A stretch of 64,000 nt of DNA from Candidatus Magasanikiibacteriota bacterium (lineage in GTDB: Bacteria; Patescibacteriota; Patescibacteriia; Magasanikbacterales; UBA922): assembly GCA_018650645.1 (NCBI GenBank), contig JABIFP010000020.1, positions 8,385-72,384 on the forward strand, in the 5' to 3' direction. Made by a program: the position numbers and the translations under genes. The stretch's first letter is position 1. Each line of letters begins with the position of its first letter. Under the pieces are notes generated by a model. It was not told the DNA's origin and ran no database searches. It saw only the letters and a list, made by a program, of their open reading frames with translations. This document shows, piece after piece, positions 41,225 to 50,749 of this stretch.

Positions 41225-42514
41225 GTGCTGAAACTGCTAGATTCAACCTTGGGGCTGCTTGGAATAAAGCGGCTCAACAAGATGTTCGCTCACAGCGGGA
41301 TCTTCATGCTCGTCGGATTGGCGTGCACACAAGTTCTCCGCTACACCGCGCCGGAAATGCTCGATGGGATTCTACAAGCAGAGTTCCTGAGCAATCACTA
41401 CTTCGGCCACGATCACGGAGATGGACACTACGTCCTCTCGCTGCCGTTCCTCGTGAACGACTTCTTCATTGCCTTCTTCTTTGGCATTGCCTTCAAGGAG
41501 GTGAAAGAAGCGATCTTCCTGCCGGGCGGCGCCCTCCAGGGTAAAAAGGCATACGTGCCGATCTCTGGAACGCTTGGTGGTGTTCTTGGACCTGCGGGAG
41601 TCTTCCTGCTGGCCGTGGCACTCCTTGGGAAGTGGACGTTGATGTGGCGAGGGTTCGCCATCCCCATGGCGACGGACATCGCGTTCACCTACCTGTTCGC
41701 GAAAATGATCTTCCCGGACGTTCAGCAAGCTGACGGCACAATGAAGAAGCATCGCATGGTCTCATTCGGGCTGGCCCTGGCCATCCTGGATGACCTGATC
41801 GGTATGGCGATGATCGCCTTCTTCTACAACGACGGCATCGACATGTTCTGGCTAGGACTCTTCGGGGCGACGATCCCCCTCGGGATCCTGATGAACCGAC
41901 TGAAGGTGCAAGGCTGGGGCTGGTACATTGTGCTCCTCGGCCTGCCCGGAATCTACTTCTTGTTCCACTCGGGTTTGCACCCGTCGCTGGGACTCGCTGT
42001 AGCGGTTTTCTGCATGCCCACTAAGGGGCGTGACGAAGACGGGATAGTGGCAGAAGGGACAGCGGAAAACGTGCACCATTCGGCTACGGCTGACAGGTAT
42101 GAACATCAGACGGCCGTGCCCGTGGAGTACATCCTTGGCGCGTTCGCCTTTGTGAATGCCGGTGTCAACATGGTGCAGGGCTTCAACACCCTCACCTTCG
42201 TGGTGCTTGGCTCGCTGATTATTGGCAAGGGCCTGTTCATCTGGGCCTTCACACGCATTGCGCAGAGGTTCTGGGAGTTCGAGGCAAGCAGCAGCGAAGT
42301 CATGACCCTGGCACTCGCGGCGGGAATTGGCTTCACGGTCAGTCTCTTCGTTGCCAGCTTGGCATACGCCCCTGGGGCTCTCCAAGATGGCGCAAAGATC
42401 GGTGCAGCGCTCTCGCTCATTGCGGGGCCCATGGCGATGGTCTACGCACGCATGTTCCATGTTGGACGATGGAGTCGGGAAATCGATTCCACGCGGCGCG
42501 CTGTGCTCCAGTAG
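41225..42514 (+). CDS. nhaA: Na+/H+ antiporter NhaA family
   Basis: VND...FFF...E, IPMATDIAF, LAILDD, SGLHP, FAFVNAGV, GIGFTVSLF. Confidence 0.92.
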   Translation: MLKLLDSTLGLLGIKRLNKMFAHSGIFMLVGLACTQVLRYTAPEMLDGILQAEFLSNHYFGHDHGDGHYVLSLPFLVNDFFIAFFFGIAFKEVKEAIFLPGGALQGKKAYVPISGTLGGVLGPAGVFLLAVALLGKWTLMWRGFAIPMATDIAFTYLFAKMIFPDVQQADGTMKKHRMVSFGLALAILDDLIGMAMIAFFYNDGIDMFWLGLFGATIPLGILMNRLKVQGWGWYIVLLGLPGIYFLFHSGLHPSLGLAVAVFCMPTKGRDEDGIVAEGTAENVHHSATADRYEHQTAVPVEYILGAFAFVNAGVNMVQGFNTLTFVVLGSLIIGKGLFIWAFTRIAQRFWEFEASSSEVMTLALAAGIGFTVSLFVASLAYAPGALQDGAKIGAALSLIAGPMAMVYARMFHVGRWSREIDSTRRAVLQ

Positions 42515-42619
42515 CATTCGCTAGCAGTCGCATCATCCAGCACACGGTGTTAGAGCTACCTACGAGTGCTCTCACCACTCCGCTTCAGCGGGGTGGGTTG
42601 GGAAGAGTGTATACTTGCC

Positions 42620-42674
42620 CAGCAAACAGTTATTTGAAGTAATGTTCAGAACACTGTTTGCTGATTACTTCAAA
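42620..42674 (+). other. Interleaved double inverted repeat (A-B-A'-B')
   Basis: CAGCAAACAGT/ACTGTTTGCTG and TTTGAAGTAAT/ATTACTTCAAA, both perfect 11 bp. Confidence 0.85.
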
Positions 42675-42746
42675 ATTTATTCGATGATATCTGCGTAGTA
42701 TGCTATACTTTGCGCATATTATAGTTATTATTTTTCACCACACTCT

Positions 42747-43118
42747 ATGGGGCACTTCCTTAACGCAATGAAGAAGTACGCGACATTTTCAGGTCGCGCA
42801 AGACGAGCAGAATATTGGTACTTTGAACTCGTTTTCTGTGTTATTTACTTTGCACTACTCTTTCTTGGACCAAGCGTTCATGAATCATTCATGATTCTTG
42901 CTGGATTCTTTGGACTCGCGATGCTGCTTCCTGCATTAGCTGTTACTGCAAGAAGACTCCATGATGTAGATAAAAGCGGTTGGATGATGCTTATCGGTTT
43001 TGTTCCTATCATTGGACAGATCTGGCTCCTCGTTCTATATGTCACTCCAGGAACACAAGGACCAAACCACTACGGACCAGACCCACTCGCTGGGCCAGGT
43101 GCAGCACCACAAATGTAA
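42747..43118 (+). CDS. DUF805 family inner membrane protein
   Basis: FSGRARRAEYW, RRLHD, GPNHYGPDP. Confidence 0.93.
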   Translation: MGHFLNAMKKYATFSGRARRAEYWYFELVFCVIYFALLFLGPSVHESFMILAGFFGLAMLLPALAVTARRLHDVDKSGWMMLIGFVPIIGQIWLLVLYVTPGTQGPNHYGPDPLAGPGAAPQM

Positions 43119-43186
43119 TTATCAAACAAAAAACAGCGGCACTTGCCGTTGTTTTTTTTAGTCATTTACGCTAGTATATCTCTACT

Positions 43187-43885
43187 ATGATACAAGAAGC
43201 CCCTTCGGGATTCCTCCTTATTGATAAACCAACCGATTGGACAAGCCATGATGTTGTTGGGTATCTGCGGGGAGTGACTGGTATTAGAAAAATTGGACAC
43301 GCCGGCACACTTGATCCATTTGCCACAGGGCTTCTTATTGTTGCTGTGAGTAGGGCTGCAACAAAACGAATCGATGAATTTCAGGGCATGACCAAAATAT
43401 ATGAAACGACTCTTCAGTTTGGTTCTTCAAGTGATACGCAGGATTTGACTGGTGTTCTTTCTGAAGTTGCTCCACTAGATGACATAACACTCGATGAATC
43501 CGTAGTACTAAAAACACTTCTAGCGTTTACCGGAACAATTCAGCAGATTCCCCCAATGTATAGCGCAAAAAAAGTTGGTGGCAAGAAATTATACGAACTC
43601 GCCAGAGAAGGAAAAGAAATTGAGCGCCAACCGGTTGAGATTAATATAGATACGCTAGAACTGCTCGGCATTGATACAGAGAAAAAAATGCTATCCCTGC
43701 GCGTTGTCTGTTCAAAGGGAACCTACATCCGCACACTGTGTCATGATATTGGAGCTGCGCTTGGGTTTGGTGGGTATTGTGCTACTCTTAGAAGAACGCA
43801 TATTGGTGAATTTTCTGTAGAACAAGCCGTAGAACCAAAATCTTTAGAAAAAACATCCTGGCAAAAACGATTACTTGCGCTGTAG
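43187..43885 (+). CDS. truB: tRNA pseudouridine(55) synthase
   Basis: DKP..WTSHD, GHAGTLDP, PPMYSA, SKGTYIR. Confidence 0.97.
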   Translation: MIQEAPSGFLLIDKPTDWTSHDVVGYLRGVTGIRKIGHAGTLDPFATGLLIVAVSRAATKRIDEFQGMTKIYETTLQFGSSSDTQDLTGVLSEVAPLDDITLDESVVLKTLLAFTGTIQQIPPMYSAKKVGGKKLYELAREGKEIERQPVEINIDTLELLGIDTEKKMLSLRVVCSKGTYIRTLCHDIGAALGFGGYCATLRRTHIGEFSVEQAVEPKSLEKTSWQKRLLAL

Positions 43886-43959
43886 TTTGCGTGTACTCCG
43901 CTGATACGCAATAGCAAACCGATGTGCCTCATCTCTGAGCGCTATACGCTCTTTTTTAT
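43871..43959 (-). pseudogene. Remnant copy of uvrC 3' end
   Basis: 43892-43959 matches 46997-47064 at 65/68 nt; reads KKERIALRDEAHRFAIAYQRSTRKLQRK*. Confidence 0.85.
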
Positions 43960-44007
43960 TTATCTCTACTTTGTAGTATACTGAACGCAATATATTTACT
44001 TGTTTCT

Positions 44008-44166
44008 ATGGCATCTATTGCACAACAAATCGCTGATCGAAAAGCACTTTACCGCAAAAACATGGGCCAATTGAAAAAAAGGCGCACGTTACTTCTAAAA
44101 CGATTAGCAAAAAAAATTAGCAGTCATAGTTTGCAAAAAACAAAATCATCTATTGAAAAAATATAA
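44008..44166 (+). CDS. Small basic helical protein (52 aa)
   Basis: MASIAQQIADRKALYRKNMGQLKKRRTLLLKRLAKK...; below track cutoff; TATACT upstream; ends 9 nt before next ATG. Confidence 0.6.
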   Translation: MASIAQQIADRKALYRKNMGQLKKRRTLLLKRLAKKISSHSLQKTKSSIEKI

Positions 44167-44175
44167 CTACTTCTT

Positions 44176-46926
44176 ATGGCCTCACCAGAAGAAAACAGCG
44201 TTCATGAAGCTGAAAAATCAAGAAGTGAAGCTGCTGAAGCTACGCCACAAACCTCAGAGGACTTTCGTGAAGCATTAGCCGCAGACATGGGCGTGACCAC
44301 CCAAACATTTGAGCATCTCAAAACTGATGCTGAGCTAGCAGGACTTACTCCAGAAGAAATTGCGGAGTATGGTGCTGCGCTGGATCAGATTCATGAGCAG
44401 ATGAGAAAAGAGACCGAACGGCTAACTGCAGAGTTAGCGGATCTGCATGAACAGCTAAAGGCAGAAAAAGATGCTGCTGACGCTCTGAAGATACTAGACC
44501 TGGATACATCAGAAACAGAAGCCGGTATCTCAGAAAAAGAAGAGTTAACACGTGAACTTGAGCAAACACTTGAAAAAGCAGCACAAAATGCAGCCAAGGT
44601 AACAGAAAACAAAGAGCGGCTTACCGAAATGGAAAGAGGAAAAGTACGAAATATTGAAAAATTTGCAGAACTTGAGCGCGCTCTGCCACGCGCTGGTATT
44701 GATGGTCCCCAGTTAATCCGAAAAGCGTTAGATGCAGATTTTTTAGAAGACTATGCTGATACCCATATTACTCAGCTAGATGCGTACGCTAAAACACTCA
44801 CAGAAAAAAATAAGGCGGCACTTACAGCCCTGCAAGAGAAACATGCAGCGACAGAAGCAGAACGTGTCCAGAAATTTACGGCTTCTGAAGATGTACAGAA
44901 TTTGAAAAGCGCTCTCAAAGCGAAACAAGAAGCCTTCGCAAAGATGCATGCTCAACTTACGCCAGAGCAAATAGCAGCGGTTGAGACAGCGGTTGCCGCG
45001 CTTCAAAAAAACATTGAAACACAAGAGCAGCAGGAGCTGCAAGCATACAAAGATACACACGCAGCGCCCCTTCAGGCTGCAAAACATGAGGCCTTACGTG
45101 CATTCATTAAAAACACTATTCCCGATTCTGAAATTGAGCGGTTAATTGAGACAGGTGAATTACAATCTGATGAATTAGCGCACAGAATTGGAACACTTAT
45201 GGCCCCAGAAGCCATAGAGAATTTTGATCAAAAAATGGCAGTTTTGCTTCCAGAAAAAGTCATTGAGGGTATTCTAGATCAAATTCCTCCTGGACATTAT
45301 AGGGACTCTAGAACTCCTTACAAAATGTCTCACGTCTTATACAACTATCCTGCATTTTTGGAAGAGAAATTGCGACGATCTGAGGAAGGCAATCGTAGTA
45401 TCCAACAATTTATGGATGCATTTGCGCAATTGAACCAGGAATTCAAAGAGGCTGAAGCGTTGTTGATAGATCTACCCAGCAGAGATCGAATATTGAAAAG
45501 TAATGCATTACTCAAAGAACTATGGCCAAAGCTACATAAAGAGCTACAGGCAGCACATGGTTTATCTAGGGACAATATTCCCAATTTAAACCATTATCTT
45601 GACGGAGATATTGAAAAAGCATGGGAAGAATCCGATTCCGGAGTAGGACCAGCTTACTCAACAAGACAGGTGCAGGCTGAGATAGAACAGGCAATAGCAC
45701 TGGGAGTCAAGGCATATCAGGACCGCTGGTGGCATCCAGAAAAGGATGACAGAAAAAAACTTGCCGAGGCAAATGAGAAACAGCGTTCGGATAGCTATGA
45801 TCCACACTATAACTTAACAACCGTTCAGGAATACGAAGCAGACAGACAAGAGATTGGTAGCATAGACGCTACAATTGATGCTACATTCACCAAGGCAAAT
45901 AAGGTGGCCGCTGAAGCCGCTGCTGCATCGGAGCGAATTCAAACAGAGGGTCGGCAAAAGATGGAAGAAATCACAGCCAAGTTCGCAAAAATTCAAGAAA
46001 AGATGGAGAGCAGTGATACTACTGTTGAAGACATGTATGCGGCCCAAAAATGGATTGAGCATGCAACACGTCAGATAACAGACGATATCAAAAAAGATGA
46101 AATGACTACAAAGCAGGATCTGCTTAAAAAGCATCCTATCATCTCTCAGCATGAGCTACGAACACGTGTAGATGAGCTCATAACATTAGGCAAAAGCACA
46201 AAATCAGAACTTGCCGCTGAATACGAGAGCGAACGGTGGAAAGCAGAGGCCCTTGTGTCTCAAGCATTTCCTCTACTTCCTGAAGATTTTTTTAGCGCAT
46301 TTGATAAAGCCAGTTCCAGTGCGGCTAGAGACGCGAAAGAGAAAATTAAAGAAAGAAACCGGGAAATTGAACGTGATAAGCAAAGAGCTATTGAGGAAAG
46401 TGAACGAAAAGCAAAGCAAGAAGAACGCGATGAAAAGAAGCGAATTTGGAATCAAAATGTCAATCAAAATGAAAAAAAGACACTGCTACATGAAATAAAT
46501 CGCTATTCTTTTTCCCAACAAAGAGATCTCGAGGATTTTAAAGAAAAATATGAACCTAAACTAAAGCGTGCTGCTGATTTTATCTCGAGATTGAAAACCG
46601 CAAAAACTAAATTCTCTTTATTTACTAGAACTATAAACCTCCATGATTTAGGTGGAACTGAGGTGGGTATAACCAAAAAAAATGTCGATGATTTCATCTT
46701 ACGAGCTATACAAAATCAGGCTGCTATCATTGAAGAAATGAAACAAGAGAAAAATGCTGTATTGATTACACGTGACGAACGAGTTAAAAAAACTTTAGAA
46801 CAGACAAAAAATAAGTTCGCATCAGAGGAAGGATACGAAGAAGCAAAAAAGCAAGCGTATGAAAATCACAGGGGTAATAGATCAAGATTGGAGAAAGCTT
46901 TGCTTGAATTTATAGATGCAAATTAA
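44176..46926 (+). CDS. Large coiled-coil hypothetical protein (916 aa)
   Basis: E/K/A/Q-rich, no TM, no recognisable catalytic motif. Confidence 0.8.
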   Translation: MASPEENSVHEAEKSRSEAAEATPQTSEDFREALAADMGVTTQTFEHLKTDAELAGLTPEEIAEYGAALDQIHEQMRKETERLTAELADLHEQLKAEKDAADALKILDLDTSETEAGISEKEELTRELEQTLEKAAQNAAKVTENKERLTEMERGKVRNIEKFAELERALPRAGIDGPQLIRKALDADFLEDYADTHITQLDAYAKTLTEKNKAALTALQEKHAATEAERVQKFTASEDVQNLKSALKAKQEAFAKMHAQLTPEQIAAVETAVAALQKNIETQEQQELQAYKDTHAAPLQAAKHEALRAFIKNTIPDSEIERLIETGELQSDELAHRIGTLMAPEAIENFDQKMAVLLPEKVIEGILDQIPPGHYRDSRTPYKMSHVLYNYPAFLEEKLRRSEEGNRSIQQFMDAFAQLNQEFKEAEALLIDLPSRDRILKSNALLKELWPKLHKELQAAHGLSRDNIPNLNHYLDGDIEKAWEESDSGVGPAYSTRQVQAEIEQAIALGVKAYQDRWWHPEKDDRKKLAEANEKQRSDSYDPHYNLTTVQEYEADRQEIGSIDATIDATFTKANKVAAEAAAASERIQTEGRQKMEEITAKFAKIQEKMESSDTTVEDMYAAQKWIEHATRQITDDIKKDEMTTKQDLLKKHPIISQHELRTRVDELITLGKSTKSELAAEYESERWKAEALVSQAFPLLPEDFFSAFDKASSSAARDAKEKIKERNREIERDKQRAIEESERKAKQEERDEKKRIWNQNVNQNEKKTLLHEINRYSFSQQRDLEDFKEKYEPKLKRAADFISRLKTAKTKFSLFTRTINLHDLGGTEVGITKKNVDDFILRAIQNQAAIIEEMKQEKNAVLITRDERVKKTLEQTKNKFASEEGYEEAKKQAYENHRGNRSRLEKALLEFIDAN

Positions 46927-46978
46927 TAAACCAACCTGTAATTCAATAATAAAAACACCAGACCACTTCTCTGGTGTT

Positions 46979-48223
46979 TTATTTCTTTAATTGCCTTGTA
47001 CTCCGCTGATACGCAATAGCAAACCGATGTGCTTCGTCTCTGAGCGCTATAAGCTCTTTTTTATGAGAAGCGACCCAGGCCACAAAGCTTGGGTTTTTTG
47101 ATCCTAAAACAAACTCATTTTTCTTTCTTTCTGCCCCTTTTGCAATGCCCACAACAGGAATCGCAATACGCAAATATGTGAGCACTTTTTTTGCCCTATT
47201 CACTTGTGGCAATCCCCCATCAACCATCACCACAGCAGGATACTGCCATTCGGGATGCCTAAATCTTCTCAGAAGTACCTCTTCTATGCAATCCACATCG
47301 CTCTGCCCTTCTACCGTCTTGATTTTAAATTTTCTATACTGACTTTTTGCCTGTTCGCCGCCAACTGAGACAACCATAGAACCAACTTTCCCAGTATTAC
47401 CAAGATTTGAAATATCGTACCCTTCCACCCTGAGTTCATGCGCATGTTCTCCCATGTCGTCTTGCACAAAGCTTTTGTTAAGGAGCGCCATATCATGGAT
47501 ACGTTCAAGTGCGTGAAGCTGATTGCGCAAACGTGCAGCTTCTTCAAACTGCTCCTTTTTTGCAGCACCTGCCATACGCTTTTTTATATTGCCTAGCAAT
47601 CGCTTCTTTCCTCCCTTAAGTAATGTGATAAGTGGCATAATAACATCTCGCTTGTATGCTGCAGCAGAAATGTCTCCTGTGCACACACCCAAACACTGCT
47701 TCATTTGCCTATACAAACATGGCCGCTTTGCCTCTGGTTTGCATGTAGAGATGGTAAACAGCCTGCGCAGTAATCTGAGTGCCTGTTTGGTATTAAGCCC
47801 TGGAAACGGACCAAACACATGTGAAAATTGTTTTTGCTGCGTTTTACTCAGCAATTGAAATTGGTGAAAGCGGAACGCCTCAAGCCTGGGGTAGTCATCA
47901 TTAGTAATAACTAAATAATTCCAGCTTTTATTGTCTTTTCCAAGCACATTATATGCTGGCTGATATTTTTTGATCCAATTTGCCTCTGCAATAATCGCTT
48001 CAAGTACTGAATCTGTTTCTTTATATGCTATTTTTGTGACCGTCTGCATCATTTGCTCAATAGGCCGCCTCGTTTTTGGCCCAGTAAAATAGCTCCCCAC
48101 TCGTGAACGTAGTGATGTTGCCTTCCCCACGTAGACAAGCTCTTTTTTTGCATTATAAAAAACATAGATACCTGGTGCATCCGGAAACGTCTTCGCCTTG
48201 TTTTTTAGTGCTTCTTGCGTCAT
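46979..48223 (-). CDS. uvrC: Excinuclease ABC subunit C-like (GIY-YIG, UVR and RNase H-like domains, no HhH tail)
   Basis: PGIY...YVGKA..LR.RV..YF, FEEAARLRN, EGYDIS, DGG, LRDEAHRFA. Confidence 0.92.
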   Translation of the reverse strand: MTQEALKNKAKTFPDAPGIYVFYNAKKELVYVGKATSLRSRVGSYFTGPKTRRPIEQMMQTVTKIAYKETDSVLEAIIAEANWIKKYQPAYNVLGKDNKSWNYLVITNDDYPRLEAFRFHQFQLLSKTQQKQFSHVFGPFPGLNTKQALRLLRRLFTISTCKPEAKRPCLYRQMKQCLGVCTGDISAAAYKRDVIMPLITLLKGGKKRLLGNIKKRMAGAAKKEQFEEAARLRNQLHALERIHDMALLNKSFVQDDMGEHAHELRVEGYDISNLGNTGKVGSMVVSVGGEQAKSQYRKFKIKTVEGQSDVDCIEEVLLRRFRHPEWQYPAVVMVDGGLPQVNRAKKVLTYLRIAIPVVGIAKGAERKKNEFVLGSKNPSFVAWVASHKKELIALRDEAHRFAIAYQRSTRQLKK

Positions 48224-48265
48224 ACTCTTATGTACTATAGTAACACGCACTCATAGAAATACAAT

Positions 48266-48820
48266 ATGTTAACGTTTAGACAAGCAATTGAGGCCTTCGA
48301 TACAGAGCGAGCAGGAAACCCTACCTGGAATATTGATAATAAGACAGGCATGCTACTACAGGCGCTTATTACAGAGAACAACTATACGAGTGCGCTTGAA
48401 ATTGGTACCTCTACTGGCTATTCAGCACTGCATATAGCAAATGCGCTTTCACAAACAGATGGATCGCTTGTTACTGTTGAATCACACACTGAGCGATTTA
48501 CTATTGCGAAAGAACGATTTGCATCACTGAGTGATTCAGCGCGCATAACTCAAGTACAAGGTCATGCACCAGAAATACTTGATGAGATCTCTGGCACATT
48601 CGATTTCATCTTTTTAGATGCTACCAAATATGAACATGTCTCTTATGTAGAGGCGCTCAAGTCGCGTCTTAAATCCGGTGGAATGATTGTTTCAGACAAC
48701 ATGCTCTCTCATAAAGAACAAATGCAGCCACTACTGGAATTAATGGAAGCAAACAAATCATTCAGCTGCGAACTATTAGAAATAGGCACAGGCTTGCTGG
48801 TATCAAAAAACGAGGCCTGA
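48266..48820 (+). CDS. Class I SAM-dependent O-methyltransferase (YrrM/TrmR-like)
   Basis: LEIGTSTGYS, FDFIFLDA, GGMIVSDN. Confidence 0.88.
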   Translation: MLTFRQAIEAFDTERAGNPTWNIDNKTGMLLQALITENNYTSALEIGTSTGYSALHIANALSQTDGSLVTVESHTERFTIAKERFASLSDSARITQVQGHAPEILDEISGTFDFIFLDATKYEHVSYVEALKSRLKSGGMIVSDNMLSHKEQMQPLLELMEANKSFSCELLEIGTGLLVSKNEA

Positions 48821-48840
48821 TAGCCTCGTTTTTTGTTTGC

Positions 48841-50628
48841 TTATTTTTTTCTTCCTGTTCTCTTTCTGTCTGATTCCGTAAGCGCTTGTTTTCTAATACG
48901 AATGCTTAGCGGAGTGATTTCTAAATACTCATCCTCTGCAATTGTTTCGAGTCCGCGCTCTAACGTAATGTCAATCGGTGGAGTCAAGTTCAGTGCATCA
49001 TCAGCTCCAGAAGAACGCATGTTAGTAAGCTGCTTTCCTTTAATAGGATTTACTGACATATCTTCACCTTTGGCAACATTCCCAATGACCATTCCTTCAT
49101 ACACTTGCACAGTTGGTCCAATGTATAACGCGCCTCTATCTTGCAAATTTGCAAGTGAGTATCCGAGCGCCTTTCCGGCACACATAGAAATCATTGATCC
49201 TACAGATCGTTTTTCAATGGTACCTGAATATTCTCTAAACCCAACAGTACGGCTAGCCATGATTCCTTCTCCCTTTGTGTCCATGATGAATTGCCCTCGG
49301 TATCCAAGAAGTCCACGTGAAGGAATTTCGAAGAGCAATCGATTTTGGCCATTTTCTGAAGTCATGTTTACCATGATTCCCTTTCTTTTTCCCATTTTTT
49401 CAATCACAGTTCCTGAAAATTCTTCTGGCACATCAACTGTTACTTCTTCGTATGGTTCCTGTTTCTTTCCATCTACCTCACGAATAATTACTTGTGGTTG
49501 AGAAACTTGAATTTCAAATCCTTCTCTTCGCATTTGCTCAAGTAAAATTGCAATGTGCAATTCTCCTCTTCCAAATACTTTAAATCGATCATTTTCTGAA
49601 AAATCAACTTGCAATCCAACATTTACTTCCAACTCTTTTTCTAATCTTTCTTTAATTTGTCTTGTTGTTACAAATTTTCCTTCTTTCCCTGCAAACGGTG
49701 AGTTGTTTACTAGAAAATCAATTCCAATCGTCGGCTCATCCACGCGAATAGCAGGTAAAGCTTCTTGATCTGCGTTTTCACAAATTGTTTCTCCAATATC
49801 GATGTCTGCAATTCCAGCAAGCATCACAATGTCTCCTGCCCCAGCTTCTTTCACTTCAATGGTATCGAATCCTTTAAACTGTTGAAGCTTAGTAATTGAA
49901 GCAGTTCGAGTTTCTCCATTTGGTTTTTTTACAATAACTTTTGCTCCAGCTTTTACAACTCCTTCATAAATTCTTCCAATTGCAAGTCGACCAACAAAGT
50001 CGTCGTACCCAAGGTTGAATGGTTGCATTTTAAATGGAACGTCTATTTTACTTTCTGCTGCTGGCACATGCTCCATAATCATATCAAGCAGTGGAGTCAT
50101 GTCCGTCGATTCGTCATTCAATTCTTTCATTGCGATTCCAGCCTTCCCGTTTGAGTAGCAATATGGGAATTCAAGTTGATCAGCATCAGCACCAAGATCA
50201 ATAAAGAGCTCAAGTACCGCGTCATATACATATGCCGGTCTTGCTGCTGGTTTATCGATTTTGTTGAGCACCACAAGAGGTTTCAATCCGAGTTCCAAAC
50301 TCTTTTTCAATACAAATTTTGTTTGTGGCATTGGTCCTTCTTGTGCATCTACTACCAAAATCACCGCATCGATTGAACGAAGGACACGTTCTACCTCTGA
50401 ACCAAAATCAGCATGCCCTGGCGTATCCACGATGTTAATTTTTGTGTCTTTATAATAAAGCGTCGTGTTCTTTGCATAAATAGTAATTCCACGCTCTTGT
50501 TCAAGCGCGTTACTATCCATACTCTTCGCTTCGTCGCTAACCATGCCAGTTTGACGTAAAAGCGCGTCCGTTAGTGTTGTTTTACCATGATCTACATGGG
50601 CGATAATCGCAATATTTCTGATATCCAT
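48841..50628 (-). CDS. typA: Translational GTPase TypA/BipA
   Basis: RNIAIIAHVDHGKTT, ERGITI, GRGELH, KQLTNMRS; start at MDIRN. Confidence 0.97.
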   Translation of the reverse strand: MDIRNIAIIAHVDHGKTTLTDALLRQTGMVSDEAKSMDSNALEQERGITIYAKNTTLYYKDTKINIVDTPGHADFGSEVERVLRSIDAVILVVDAQEGPMPQTKFVLKKSLELGLKPLVVLNKIDKPAARPAYVYDAVLELFIDLGADADQLEFPYCYSNGKAGIAMKELNDESTDMTPLLDMIMEHVPAAESKIDVPFKMQPFNLGYDDFVGRLAIGRIYEGVVKAGAKVIVKKPNGETRTASITKLQQFKGFDTIEVKEAGAGDIVMLAGIADIDIGETICENADQEALPAIRVDEPTIGIDFLVNNSPFAGKEGKFVTTRQIKERLEKELEVNVGLQVDFSENDRFKVFGRGELHIAILLEQMRREGFEIQVSQPQVIIREVDGKKQEPYEEVTVDVPEEFSGTVIEKMGKRKGIMVNMTSENGQNRLLFEIPSRGLLGYRGQFIMDTKGEGIMASRTVGFREYSGTIEKRSVGSMISMCAGKALGYSLANLQDRGALYIGPTVQVYEGMVIGNVAKGEDMSVNPIKGKQLTNMRSSGADDALNLTPPIDITLERGLETIAEDEYLEITPLSIRIRKQALTESDRKRTGRKK

Positions 50629-50680
50629 ATGTATGATGAAAGAAAAAGCGCTCACCAATGTGAGGCTTTGTATTGGCGCG

Positions 50681-50709
50681 AGTATACTCCCTAGCGCCAT
50701 TTTTGTCAA
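50681..50709 (-). promoter_or_regulatory. sigma70-type promoter of typA
   Basis: TTGACA-N17-TATACT. Confidence 0.8.
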
Positions 50710-50749
50710 TGTCTGGTTGGCCGCCTTTTCGGGCGGCCAGTGGTTTTCT

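Noticed and set aside
41095-41225. Known nhaA-associated (Li+/Na+) riboswitch in the nhaA leader
   Set aside because: Hairpins are present but I cannot match a known consensus by eye; needs an Rfam scan.
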